DNA of 63,440 nt, filler included, from Chiloscyllium plagiosum (taxonomy: Eukaryota), in NCBI RefSeq assembly GCF_004010195.1. It is 4 parts of one record of this genome, joined end to end, with 100 filler letters (N's around TTAATTAATTAA, not from the genome) between each part and the next. Parts side by side here need not be neighbours in the genome. Positions count along the whole stretch, not along the records: positions 30,532 to 42,319 come from NC_057714.1; positions 42,420 to 59,271 come from NC_057714.1; 2 more parts are not named here. One strand, 5' to 3'. Below, piece after piece: positions 37,650 to 51,169 of this stretch (positions within the stretch are counted from its first letter, which is position 1; every line of letters begins with the position of its first letter). The notes beneath the pieces are model-generated. The model saw only the letters and a program-made list of their open reading frames with translations. It was not told the DNA's origin and ran no database searches. The translations under genes were made by a program, and so were the position numbers.

Positions 37650-37960
37650 TAGAATAGAATGCAGAAGGAGGCCAATCTGTCCATCAAGTCTGCACTAGAA
37701 AGCATCCCACCCAGACCCAGCCCCTCACCCTAGCCCTGTAACCATGCCTTTACCCTTGCTAATCACCTAACCTGCACACTACAGGACAATTTAGCACGAC
37801 CAATCCACCTAACCTGTACATTTTTCGACGATGGGAGGAAACCAGAGCACCTGGGGGAAAGCCATGCAGACATGAGAATGTGCAAACTCCACACAGTCAC
37901 CCAAGGCTGAAATTGAACCCATGCCCTTTGCACTGGGAGCAACAATGCTAATCACTTAGC
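37650..37960 (-). mobile_element. HE1-like SINE
   Basis: Reverse-complement V-domain gaatgtgcaaactccacac. Confidence 0.8.
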
Positions 37961-38074
37961 CTTTATGTTTGGTATGATTCCCATTTCATCTAAATCCTTA
38001 GTATCACACGAGGTCTAATCTGGCCTTAGTCTTCAAAAGCAGTCACTCTCACATTGCTTTTACGGTTCAGTTTA

Positions 38075-38560
38075 GAACAAATTAGAGGAAGAGATAGAAT
38101 CAAACAGATGCGGATGGAAGGAAGAATCCAGAGGGATGTCGGTACCTGTTTGTTGTTGGTGCTTGTGTTTCTTAATGCCTGAGAGGAAGAGAAAAGGTTT
38201 TTTCATTATGGCATTAAATGAGATCAAGAATAAAATGGAACTCGGACTGGGACAGCTTTGAAGTGGTATGAGAAGATGCTGGTGAAGAGAAAGAAGTTGA
38301 GAATTTGCATGTGGCGGTGATGGCATTGAGTGTCCATCTCAGGATGTAGCAAGAATGCTGAGGAACATTGTATATCTCAGAGATACCTGTGATAATGGCC
38401 AAATTCAAAATATGGAGGATGGTAAGTCGGAGCCAGACACAGTTGCTGAGGAAAGAGTTGTAGCTGTGAAAGCAAATTCTAATAAGCACCTTTTCAAATG
38501 TGTTGTTCCATGTTTGAATAGATGCACTCACTCCAATTTGGCTGAAGCTTAAGCCTAAAT
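38075..38560 (-). mobile_element. Old PLE N-terminal fragment
   Basis: KPFLFLSGIKKHKHQQ resembles KRLFLWHIKAHELQQ in the 21415-25835 PLE. Confidence 0.55.
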
Positions 38561-38995
38561 CCTCACCAAATGCTTGATGTTAGGATGTTATTTAACTGAT
38601 ACATCGAAAATCTAATAAATGCTGCTTCTGGATAGCACCTTCTCACCAAACACTGAAGAGAAAGAATGTGATCATTGAGGTTGCTGCAGACAGAGATCTA
38701 TTAATAATATTAATAACAAGTTTTTATTGTTGTTGAATTGTTTCCATTTATAAAACCTTTTTTTTTTAAATGTTGCATATGACCTTGTGGGAAAAGCAGT
38801 TTAATTTACCGGTCCTGGGAAGTCTCCGCAGTTTCCTCCCCTCCAGGTGTCCACAGGCAGTATTAAGAACAGTATTTAAAATATAGTAGGGTGGTGAAAG
38901 AACCCATCATCAAAAGTCTCCCAAAAATCTGAAAATTCAATCACAGCGTGATCAGTAAGAGAGCATTTGCCCCTGTAGGTAGAGAGAAAGAAACT

Positions 38996-39118
38996 ATGAG
39001 GAGTCTGCTCTTCTCAACACAGATTCTCTCTCTCTCTCCCATGTTCATTGCTGCAACAATGAGGAGTCTGCTCCTCTCAACACAGATTCTGTCTCTCTCC
39101 CATGTTCACTGCTGCAAC
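38996..39118. repeat. Tandem duplication of ~62 bp
   Basis: atgaggagtctgct...catgttca[tc]tgctgcaac at 38996-39057 and 39059-39118. Confidence 0.9.
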
Positions 39119-39165
39119 TCCCCCAGTCACAGATTTCCTCTCCCTTTCCTGCTTCTCAAGAATCG

Positions 39166-39260
39166 GGAGTGTGGTGCTGGAAAAGCGCAGCAGGTCTGGC
39201 AGCGCCCGAGGAGCAGGAGAATCGATGTTTCGGGCATAAGCCCTTCATCAGCCCTTCATC
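39166..39260 (-). mobile_element. PLE pseudo-LTR fragment with variant hammerhead
   Basis: gatgtttcgggcataagcccttcatcag. Confidence 0.8.
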
Positions 39261-39899
39261 ACTTTCGCCTGCTTCTCCTTAAGAGCCTGCATCTGGAATT
39301 TGAGGGATCCTGAGACTAGGGACATTATTCTGGCTGATGTTGCTGCCACCATTCTTACTGATGTGCCATTGTCAATCGCTTCTCAACATCCTCCAGCAGA
39401 TTGCGCAGAACGAGAAATTGAATGAAGAGTCAGGAGTCTTCACTGTAATGAGACAGGGCAGATCAGGGTGGAAGGACTGGCACCAAGCCTTGTGAGATAA
39501 ATGCCCATCAGGGCCGCGCCCAAATCTCAATCGGGGATGTCTTGATCGGGGGTTTGGTGGCTGGGCCCATTATTCAGCAATGATACTGGCTGGGTCTGAG
39601 TCTTAACTGTGAATCTGGGTCCAGCTCTCAACTGGAGCGCTGTTTGCTGGGCTGTATTCTGTAGATAAACCACCATCACTCTAGTATTTAGAACTGAATA
39701 TTTGTTAGTAAACAAGATACACTCCTACACTACCTGCCTGGCACCTCATGACTGTCTGGCAGTTGCACCTTCCCTCATTGCCTACACACACTTAAGCCTT
39801 GGAATGACCACCCCTGAAATTTGCTATTGGCTTATAATTGGGGAAAAATTCAGCAAACTGCAGAATTGGGAATGTTTTGTAAACCTGTCAAGGACCACA

Positions 39900-42800
39900 A
39901 GTAGCTGATTGAAAAGGGAACACTTAATATATGAGGGTAAATTAGCCAGAAATATAAAACAGAATGTTAAATCCTTTACAGGTGGATCAAAACAAGAGAC
40001 CTAAAGTAAATAGTGCTTTCTTAGAGACACAAGCAAGAGAAGTGATCATCAAGAATGAGGAAATGTTAGATATATTGGACAATACTTTGTGTCTTCTCAG
40101 GAAGTTACCTACTATAAGTAAATGATTAGTAAACAGCCAAGAAAAAAATGAGGGACTTAATAATATCAATGTCTGAAAAAAAAGTTGATGAAGATTTTTG
40201 TCCAGCAATCATCAATTGAAAGAAATACCAACATAAAGGAAAAATGATATTTTTATTGAATAAGTCATATGACCATAGGAAATAGGAACAGAAGTAGGCT
40301 ATTTAGTCCCTTGAGCCTGCTCCTCCATTCAATAGGATCATAGCTGATCTGACACATATCCATTGTCCTGCTGTTTCCCTGTAGCCTTTGATACCTCTAC
40401 CAATCAAGATTCTATCTTATCTCAGAAAGGCTAATGGAATATTGACCCTTAAATCAAAGGGGTTGGAGTACAAAAGGAGGCATGTCTTATTGCAACTGTA
40501 CAAGATGCTGGTGAGACCACATCTGGAATTCTGTGAGCCATACTTCAATATACACAAGGACTCTGCCCCCACAGCTCTCTGTGGCAAGGGGTTCCAAAGA
40601 CTCATAGCCCTCGGAGAGAGAAAATTCCTCCTTATCTCAGTCTTAAATTGGTGGCTCATAATACTGAGACAATGTCCTTTGGTTTTCAACTCTCCCATGA
40701 GGAGAAATATCCTCTCAACATATACCATGTCAAGCCCCTTAAAGAATCTTGTATATTTCAATGTGACCATGACTCATTCTTATAAATTCAATAGATCCCC
40801 ACCTGTTTGACCTTTGCTGATGAGTCTCTCCATACCTGTGTCACTCTAGTGAACATTCTCTGAAAGGTCTCCAGTGACATATCTTTTCTTAAAATGGGGA
40901 CCAAAACTGCTCACAGTACATGATTGTGGTCTCACCAGCACTTTGTACCATTACAGTAAGTCTTGCATAGTCTTGTACTCCAACCCACTTGAAACGAGGG
41001 CCAGTATTCTATGAGCCTTCCTGATTCCTTGCAACACCTGTTTGCTAGCTTTCTATGTTTCACGCACAAGTACTCACAAGTCCCTTTGTGTTGCAACTTT
41101 CTGCAGTTTCTCTACACTTAATCAGACTTTGTTCTATTATTCTCCCTTCTAAAATGAACAGCTTCTCATTTTCCCACATTATACTCCAGTCACCAACTTT
41201 TTGTCTGCTTACTTAACCTATCAATATTTCTCTGTAAACAGTTAGTATCCCCTCTCAACTTGGAGAAAGTGAGGACTGCAGATGCTGGAGAATCAGAGTT
41301 AAAAGGTGTGGCACTGGAAGAGCATAGGAGGTGAGGCAGCGTCCGAGGAGCAGGAGAGTCAGCTTTTTGGGCGTAAGCCCTTCCTGATGAAACATCGACT
41401 TTCCTACTCCTCAGATGCTGCTTGACCTGCTGTGCTTTTCCAGTGCCACACTTTTCGACTCTTCTCTCACTTTGCCTTTCCACCTATTTTTGTTTTGAAT
41501 GGAAGAAGGGTGTTGATTTGTTAGGAAATGGATTCTGATAGAGGTTAAAATCCACCCCATCTCCAGGACCTGATCCTAGAATTCCAAAAGAAGTAGCTAG
41601 AGAAATATAAGGTGCAATAGTTATGATTTCTGAAAAATCCCTAGGTTCTACAATAGTTTGTGTGGACTGAAACTTGGCAAATATAATACCACTATTCAAG
41701 AAAGGAGGCAGAAAGAAAACAGGGAATTGTCAAATAATTGTTAAATCTTTTATTAAGGAAGTTGCAATAATGCGCATAGGAGATCACATTGTGATCAGTA
41801 AAAGTAAAATTTATTAAGACTTTTGAGGGGGTAACCAGTAAAGCAGATAAGCGAGAACCAGTAGATGGTTGAATTATCAAAATGTATTTTATCAGGTCCT
41901 GTTCAAAAACATATTACAAACAAGATTCCCACCACCGAGCTAAGGCTCACCGGTCTATAGTTCCCTGGCTTGTCTTTACCGCCCTTCTTAAACAGTGGCA
42001 CCTCCAGTTGGCCAACCTCCAGTCTTCCGGCACCTCACCTGTGACTACAATGATACAAATATCTCAGCAAGAGGCCCAGCAATCACTTCTCTAGCTTCCC
42101 ACAGAATTCTCGGGAACACCTGATCAGTTCCTGAGGATTTATCCACCTTTAACCGTTTCAAGAAATCCAGCACTTCCTCCTCTGTAATCTGGACATTTTG
42201 CAAGATGTCACCATCTATTTCCCTACAGTCTATATCTTCCATATCCTTTTCCACAGTAAATACTGATGCAAAATATTCATTTCCATTTTCCCCCATTTTC
42301 TGTAGCTCCACACAAAGGCNNNNNNNNNNNNNNNNNNNNNNNNNNNNNNNNNNNNNNNNNNNNTTAATTAATTAANNNNNNNNNNNNNNNNNNNNNNNNN
42401 NNNNNNNNNNNNNNNNNNNTCCAGAATTGCCTTCTCCCTGGTCGGCTCCAGCACCAGCTGTTCTAAGAATCCATCTCTGAGGCACTCCACAAAGTCTCTT
42501 TCTTGAGGTTCAATACCATCCTGATTCTCCCAGTCTACCTGCATGTTGAAATCCCTCATAACAACTGTAGTAATATCTTTGCGACAGGCCAATTTCAGCT
42601 CCTGATTCAACTTGTCCGACAACCAGCCTACTGTTTGGGGGCCTGTAGATAACTCCCAAGAGGGTCTTTTTACCCTTAGAATTTCTCAGCTCTATCCACA
42701 CTGACTCTACATCCCCTGATTCTAGGTCCCCCCGCGCAAGGGACTGAATATCATCCCTTACCAATACCGCCATCCCATCCCCTCTGCCCGTTAGTCTGTC

Positions 42801-43320
42801 CTTACGATAGCACGTGTAGCCTTGAATATTCATTTCCCAGGCCCTGTCCACTTGAAGCCACGTCTCAGTTATCCCCACAATATCGTACCTGCCAATTTCC
42901 AAAAGAGCCTCAAGCTCATCCATCTTATTTCTAATGCTTCATGCATTCATGTATAGTATTTTTAATTTATTACTGCCCTCACCCTTCCCATCAACTCCTA
43001 TTTCACTCAACCTTACTGCATGATCCCTTTTTGAATTTTCTGCCTCATTGATACAGTTGTCTTTCTTGACCTCCCTTGTTCTAACTTTCCCTTCAATTTC
43101 TTTCTTAAACATCCAGTTTGTCCCCCCCCCCCCCCCGCTACTTAGTTTAAATGTAGCGGTGTTGCAGTAGCAAACCTGCCTGCCAGAATGCTGGTCCCTA
43201 ACCTATTAAGGTGCAAACCGTCTCTCTTGTATAATTTATGCTTACTACAAAACATACCCCAGTGATCCAAGAAATTAAATCCTTGCTTCCTGCACCAGTT
43301 CCCCAGCCACACGTTCAAAG
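39900..43320. mobile_element. Patchwork of CR1 fragments on both strands
   Basis: RPHLEFC (+); ELKTKGH, NEYFASVFT, GITETWL, RDGLHLN (-). Confidence 0.85.
41261..41462. mobile_element. Older PLE fold-back element
   Basis: Diverged inverted arms; imperfect TSD ctctcaactt / ctctcacttt. Confidence 0.75.
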
Positions 43321-44699
43321 TACCGGAGAATATGTGGAAACTCATGTGGAGGAGTGCATTCAAGCCTTGAGATCATGCCTTCCTCCATGTGGAGGCTGGT
43401 GAACCCCATGCAGAATCAGGTTTATCACATGATCAATATACATGAAGTCCTGTGTCCCATCAAGCTAGCCACCAGACTCATCACAGCAGTAGTTAGGCAA
43501 GAGGGGAATGAGCCACCTGGATCTCTTCCCCTGCCTGTCTGCTCATTTCCAACAGGTTTATCCTGACCAAGACCAGAGCCACTTTATGAGTTTCAGGCTC
43601 AATATGGACCTCATCACCTGCATTCTCATCCTGCTGCACTTTTGGATTTCCTTCCAGGTTTCCCTTCTCTGCAGGGATTCAAGGAGGTGCCAAAGCAGAG
43701 AAAGAGAAGAGGAGCACTGTGCTATCTGTTCTGGATAATCTTTTCAGGGTAAGCCCAGAGTGAGCAGGTGCTTTTCATTCACTCTGCTGATACTCCCTGA
43801 GCCTCCAGTAGATGAAACTGACGGAGATACCAATCTAGGAGATCCACAGAATGACCCTCACAACCTTTGGAAAACAGAAGTGTCTGCAAAAGTTCATTGT
43901 GTAAAGGAGTGGTGTTATCAGCAGCCTGCTAGCTCATCAACTAATGATGTTACAGTTGTATCAAGGCCCAGTGGGCAGAAAAGGAAAGGTATTTTGACAG
44001 TGCAGCAGTAGTGCAGAACAAAATTCCCTCAATTCCTCACAGTTGAATGGTTCACAGCACCATGTTTCCTTGGTCAGTCTGTCATTGACCTTGAAGCTCC
44101 TGCTTTCATCCATCCAAACTCAAAACCTCAGACCTGTTCAACAATTGTCACACTGAAGTTCCTCTAATGCTTCTGGCATATACTTTCATGCCCTGTGTAC
44201 AACAGTGTCTAAAGCTTGGACTATGACTCCTCAACTTCAAGCAGAATTTATTTGAGCTGCAGAATATTTACTGTCATTGAGGTTACCATAGATCATACTG
44301 ATATCGAACCTCTCCCACATGCTATGCCTGCAGTACAATAGTCTTGGCCCATAGACATGGCATTGTGGTCCCAAAAAGGTCCCCTCTCCAGGCAACATAG
44401 TGGCTGGAAGGTGCCAGAGATTGAGAAGGTGTTGACAGTAGGAAGAGTATGGCAAAGGAACGGTTGCTGAGGAGACCTTCTCCACAGAAAACCTTGTTCA
44501 GGAGGGGAAGTTCTAATTCACCAGCCTCAGGCTTCATCTGTGACTTCAACTCAAATTCCTCATTCCTAATCTGGTGACATCATTGGCACAGGTGCAGTCT
44601 CATAGTGGTGGCAGTGATATTTCCTATGGCCTTTTGTGGCAGCTGATGTCATGAGCTGCATCTGCATGTGTGCAGGAACCATGTTACTGTTATCGATAA

Positions 44700-45110
44700 G
44701 CACTCCGATGTTTAAAATACTAATAGACCACAACTTTTGCAGCATTCAATGCTTCCATCTGTTTCTTGATATCATATGGAATGAATCAAATTGTCTGAAA
44801 AGCATTATCTGTGATGCTGGGGACCTTTGAAGGAGGCAGAGATGGATCAACCACTTGGCATTTCTGTCTGAAGATAGTTGCAAATGCTTCAACATTATTT
44901 TTGGCACTGGTGTGCTGGGCTTCTCCACTGAAGTTAGGGATATTCTCTTCTACTGAGTTGTTTAATTGTCCACCACTGTTCACGACTGAATGACGCAGGA
45001 CTGCAGAGCTTAGATCAAATCCGTTGGTTGTGAGATCGCTTAGCTGTATCACTTGCTGCTTATGTTGTTTGTCATGCATGTAGCCTGGTTGTGTAGCATG
45101 CCTTCTAGTA
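44700..45110 (-). mobile_element. L2-like LINE internal fragment
   Basis: AKNNVEAFATIFRQKCQVVDPSLPP. Confidence 0.65.
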
Positions 45111-45538
45111 CTCTTCATTACTCTGAGCTAATTTCTTATATTCAAAATGAATGACCTTTATTCAATAGTAAACACCCCTGACAAACTTTTGTCTAGCCAC
45201 CTAATCTGTGTTTTTTTCCACTTTCACCTCCCATCCACATTATTGATTATACCACTTAAGTTGGTTTTGTCAGCAAAATTAGATATTTGGATCTCTATTC
45301 ATTTGTTAAAATTATTTGTACATTTTTTGAAATGCTGAGGACACATGACAGGTCCCTATATAAACAGGTAATAACATTCTATCAATTACTGCATGCACGG
45401 TTTTTATCTCAAACATGGTCCAGTATATTATGAACTTCTAATGAATACTTTCAAAACTGTATAACATGAGATTTGGACACATAGAAGTCTCACAGATATT
45501 GAAACAGAGCTTCTTTATGTTGCTGGCATCATATTAAC

Positions 45539-45860
45539 AGCATGGTGACTCAGTGGTTAGCATTGCTGCGTCACAACACCAGTAACCTGGGTTCAATTCC
45601 AGCCTCGGCTGACTATCAGCATGGAGTTTACTTGTTCTCCCTGTGTCTGCATGGGTTTCCACCCACAGTCCATAGATGTGCAGGTTAGATGAATTGGCTA
45701 TGCTAAATTGCCCATAGAGGTCAGGGATGTGCAGGTTAGGTGCATTAGTCAGGAGAAATGTAGAATAATAGGGGAATGGGTCTGAGTGGGATACTTGGAG
45801 GGTCAGTGTGGACTTGTTGGGTCAAATGGCCTGTTTCCAAAGTGTAGGGATTCTATGATT
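45539..45860 (+). mobile_element. HE1-like V-SINE
   Basis: A/B boxes, V-domain, ttctatgatt tail. Confidence 0.85.
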
Positions 45861-47394
45861 AATACAGCACAAAAGGAAAATAAGATTAAACAAGGAACAA
45901 TTTACATGGAAGAATCCTGGTTTACATAGGGTTGATGGCTCAGTTGTCTCTCTGTTCTTTCTTCCCATGAACTCTCCCTCCACCAGAGACACCCCTTTTC
46001 CAGAAAAATGGTCTGACTGCTCTTGCTGCCCTCACTCATCAACACCACCTACTGGAGGTTTCATTACATAGTTTCCTGCTTGAAACTTGCTGTTGCTGTA
46101 CCTACATTTAGCAGACAGCAAATCGTTTGCTCAGCAGTCGTGCTATTGGCAGGTTCAATTACACCTTGATGCCTAAGATCAGCATTTTCTTCTATAATCA
46201 CCAATCTGGACATGGCTCTTTTATGGATCATCCAAGTTAGGGTTTAGTTCAATTAGCACTCTATGAAGGATTTGATTGATGGCACTTGATGCTTCAATTT
46301 CTGCCTTTCGGGAAGGACCTCTCACCCTTGAAAATGATACAGGGAACAGGCCTCACAGTATTGGATTCAATACACAGGTCATTCCAGGATGCTGCATTGC
46401 TATCCAACTCCACTTCACTTGTGACATCATTTACCAACACTTAAGATGCGCAATACCACTGAATGATCTGCTTGTACCTACTTCATCTATCAGACTTTAG
46501 GCCTCAAACAAATCCCCTCTGAACTGTTTCCTGAGGCTGCCCTACAGCTACTGGTTCAACAACACTGGAGTAGCTACCTGTGTCCAACTGCTGGATGACT
46601 GTGTGGTTCAGGGTCCCACACCATCTGTATCTTATTCTCGCCCTTGATATTCCAATTTAGGAGGGATACCCTTACACCAATTGGAAGATCTTATTTTAGC
46701 TTTGGAACGATTCAATGTTATTCTTTCAGTGTTTCTGGACTGTATCTCAAATGCCAGGCTTAGCCCATTGTGATGCTCAGCTGTTCACTCATTGTGTTGG
46801 TTATCTCCATATGAAAGTGTGGTGAGGCCAGGGAGATAATCAAAAGGGAAAGACTAGATCTCATATTAAAGAAGGAGATAGTAAGACTGCAGATGCCACA
46901 CTTTTCCAGCACCACACTTTATCAGCTCTCATCCTAAAAATAAAACATAATATGGACAATAGCCTGTGGATGAGTGTGGGCTACTAATGTAAGTATCAAC
47001 CAGCCCCAGAAAGGTTCTCAAGCTGCAATCCTTTGCTTTCAGGGAGGCAAGGTGTGTAGACAGTCATGCAGAGTATGATTGAATCATTTACATTGTTCAT
47101 TACCCTCGGATGATGCAGAGTGACATGGCTCATGGCAATGCCATAGACCTTGCAAGGCTCCTGCAGTATCTTGCTCTTGAAGATGGTACAAGCACACAGA
47201 TCACTCCAGGATTCTGGATCATTATTCGACTCCAATTCACTTGAGACACAGTAACATTGATTATATTTGACACCTCTTAGTTATGGGTGTAAATAGCCTT
47301 AGTGATCTTGAAGACATTCATGAATACAATAACATGCTCAGAACTATCAATAATGGGGTCAAGAATCGCAAAATCTGTTGCAAAGCCCTCTAGA

Positions 47395-48335
47395 GATCTA
47401 AAACAAAATCAGAAAGTGCTGGAGAAACTCAGCAGATCTGGCAGCATCTGTGGAAAAAAAAGAGAGTTAACATTTCAAGTCCAGTGACTCTTCATCAGAA
47501 CTGATGACAGCTAGGTAAAATGGTACTTATGATACAGAAGAGTTTGGGTGGGAGTAGGGGGGTGGGAAATGGGGGAGGTGAGCAGGTAGGCAGAGTTAGA
47601 GTTCAGAGAGAGAGAGATATGAAAAGGGTAGGTAAACAAGGGGATTATGGAAGGCAGGCTAGGTCAGAAGAAAAGAGCTGAAAATGAGTTGCTGGAAAAG
47701 CGCAGCAGGTCAGACAGCATCCAAGGAGCAGGAGAATCGACNNNNNNNNNNNNNNNNNNNNNNNNNNNNNNNNNNNNNNNNNNNNNNNNNNNNNNNNNNN
47801 NNNNNNNNNNNNNNNNNNNNNNNNNNNNNNNNNNNNNNNNNNNNNNNNNNNNNNNNNNNNNNNNNNNNNNNNNNNNNNNNNNNNNNNNNNNNNNNNNNNN
47901 NNNNNNNNNNNNNNNNNNNNNNNNNNNNNNNNNNNNNNNNNNNNNNNNNNNNNNNNNNNNNNNNNNNNNNNNNNNNNNNNNNNNNNNNNNNNNNNNNNNN
48001 NNNNNNNNNNNNNNNNNNNNNNNNNNNNNNNNNNNNNNNNNNNNNNNNNNNNNNNNNNNNNNNNNNNNNNNNNNNNNNNNNNNNNNNNNNNNNNNNNNNN
48101 NNNNNNNNNNNNNNNNNNNNNNNNNNNNNNNNNNNNNNNNNNNNNNNNNNNNNNNNNNNNNNNNNNNNNNNNNNNNNNNNNNNNNNNGTGGACCTGACGA
48201 GGGAGTCACGGAAGGAGTGGTCTTTTCGGAACGCTGATAGGGGAGGGGAGGGAAATATATCCCTGGTGGTAGGGTCCGTTTGGAGGTGGCGCAAAATGAC
48301 GACGGTTGATACGATGTATATGGAGGTTGGTGGGG
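47395..48335 (-). mobile_element. PLE pseudo-LTR fragments of two families plus ORF fragment, gap inside
   Basis: 47465-47502 reverse complement: AGTT CTGATGA A GAGTC actg GACTT GAAA TGTT AACT (stem I AGTT/AACT); HLQTDPTTRDIFPSPPLSAFRKDHS. Confidence 0.8.
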
Positions 48336-49330
48336 TGTTCCGCAAGGCTCTGTGTTGGGATCACAACCTTTTCCTTTATATATTAACGATCCAAATGAAG
48401 GAAGTGAGGGCATTCTGGCTAAGTTTGCAGACGATACTAAAGTAGATAGAGGGACAGGTAGCATTGAGGAGGTAGAAGGCTGTAGAAGGATTTGGACAGG
48501 TTAGGAGAGTGTGCAAATAAGTGGCAGATGGAGTACAACATGGGAAAGTGTAAGGTCGTGCACTTTGTTAGGAAGAATAGAGGCATGGACTATTTTCTAA
48601 ATGGGGAGAAAATTCAGAAGTCTGAAGTGCAAAGAGACTTGGGAGTTCTTGTCCAGGATTCTTTCAAGGTACACTTGCAGGTTAACAGTTAGGAAGGCAA
48701 ATGCAGTGATGAATTTATTTTGAGAAGACATGAATATAAAGACAGTGATGTACTTCTGAGGCTCGATAAGGCTCTGATCAGACCACATTTGGAGTATTGT
48801 GCACAGTTTTGGGCTCCATATCCAAGGACGTACTGGTCTTGGAATGTGTTCAGACGAGATTCATGAGAATGATACCAGGAATGAAAAGCTTAACATATGA
48901 AGACTCTAGGTCTATACTTGATGAAGTTTAGAAGGATGAGGGGGAATCTAATTCAGACTTACAGAATACTGAATGGCCTGGACAGAGTGGATGTTGGGAA
49001 GATGCTTCCATTGGTAGGAGAGACTGGGACCTGAAGACACAGCCTTAGAGTAAAGGGAAGATCTTTTGAAATGGAGATAAGGAGAAACTTCTTTAGCCAG
49101 TGAGTGGTGAATCTATGGAATTCATTGCCACAGAACGCTGTGGAGGCCAGATCATTGAGTATATCTAAGACTGAGATAGATAGGTTCTTGATTATCAGGG
49201 GATCAAGGGTTAAGGGAAGAAAGCGGGAGAATGGGGTTGAGAAACTTATCAGCCATGATTGAATGGCGAGCAGACTCAATGGGCTGAATGGCCTAATTTC
49301 TGCTCCTATACCTTATGGCCTTATGGTCTT
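48336..49330 (+). mobile_element. CR1 3' half
   Basis: [16 protein letters not shown]; (cttatgg)n tail. Confidence 0.9.
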
Positions 49331-49379
49331 AAGGACTGGTTGTAGGGGTGGGTAACAAACATGGAAAGATGGAACTAGG

Positions 49380-50600
49380 CTCTAAATTTAGTGAACTTGA
49401 TGCTGAGTCCCAGTGCTGCAGGGTCCCAAGTGGAAAACCATATTATGTTCTTCAAGTTTGCATTGTGGATTGTTGGAACACTTCAGCAGGCCTGTGACAG
49501 AAATGTTAGTGTGGGAACACACTGGTGTGTTGAAGTGCTAGGTGACTGGAAACTCGAGATCACTTTTACAGACAGAATGTAGTTGTCTGCAAAGTAGTCA
49601 CCCAGACTGTATTTCATCTTCCCATTGTAGACCGTGAACAGTGTGAATAGCAAATACAGTAGACTACATTTAATGAAGTACATATCTGCTTCACCTAGAA
49701 GATACATCTGGGGCCTTGAATGGTGAAGAGGGAGGAGGTAAACAGATAAGTGTTACACCTTCTGCAATGCATGGGAAGATGCAGTGGTGATATGGGGAGG
49801 TGTTGGGAATAGAGAAGGAGTGGCAGAGTGTCCAGGAGGCAGTGGTTGACAAAGGACAGGAGGGGAAAATGTGTCTGTTGTGATATCCCAGTGCAAGTGA
49901 CAGAAATGGTGGCTTACAGTGCTGATGGGGTGGTAAGTGAGGACCAGAGAGTCCCTCTCATTGTTATGGGAGGGAAGAAAGGTGATGAGGACAGAATCCT
50001 CAGTTGAGGTAAAAGGTGGACACTTCTGTGGCTCCCTCCTGTAGAAGGTGGCAACATCAGAACCTAAGTGACAGAGATGAAGAAACTGAAAATGGGATAG
50101 CATCATTACAGGAAGCAGGGTGTAAGTATGTACAGTCAAGATAACTGCGGGAATGGGTGGATTTGCATTGGATATCAGTGAATAGCCTATCCTCAGAAAT
50201 GGAAACTGATGTCTAGGAAGAGAAGGGAGATGTCAGAGATACATCAGGTAAAGGTGGGGGCAGAATGGAAATTGGAAGAAAAGTTTTCCAGTTTAGAATG
50301 AGAGAGGGAAGCAGCACCGAGGATGTCATTGATCTACTGGAGAGAGACTTAGAGGGAGTGACCTGACTAAAATTTGAACAAGAAGTGTTCCACGTACCCC
50401 TGCAAAATGACAGGCATAACTAAGAGCCACGCGGTTCCCATGGCCACACCTTTGATCTGAAAAAGGAGTTAAAGAAGTTGTTCAATGTGAGGTCAAGCTC
50501 GGCGGGGGGGAAAAAGTTGGTTGTGGGTGGGGCTGGTTCAAACTTTCCTTCCAGGAAGAAGTTGAGATGCCTAGAGATCTCTTGGCAACCAGTGATCCAC
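49380..50600 (-). mobile_element. Degenerate PLE (RT-GIY-YIG)
   Basis: SHFQFLHLCHLGSD, LVLTYHP; KGVAMG-like motif at ~50435-50455. Confidence 0.75.
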
Positions 50601-51169
50601 TGCCAGGGTGAAATTACTTCCCTACTTTGGTCAAAATGCACCTCTCAATTTTGACTGTAATCATCAATATCAGCAGCCATCCCACGTCAGTAACACTTTC
50701 TGGTCAGGGCAGTCACCTTTTCTGTTGCTTGGTGTCCTGCAATTAACACTTGACATAGGAGATGTCAGAATGGATGGGTTTCTTCACCTCTCTCTCCAGA
50801 TGATAGAGGACTCCATTTTCTTTCAGCATTGCAACAGTCTCTGCGCCAGTTTGAATCGCCTCAACAGCTGGTGCTGAGTTGGTGGATATTGGGTCTTCCA
50901 GTATCAGTAGCTATCTTTGGAACTGCTTATTTTCGAGCGAGATGGTAAAAATGAAACATGGCTCTACCTGTCTGGATCTTCTCTGGATTTCACTCAAAAA
51001 CACCTTAATTTTTAAAGGAGGGTCCCGAAGAAAATGTCATAGGGAAAGGAGGTTGGAACACTGTCTTTGACTTTGGGCATAGATATGATGTGGGCCACAG
51101 ACCCCTCCAGCCTGACAGGAATAGGTTCCCCCTTGTCAGTCAATGGGAATCAGCATTGCATTACATTTG

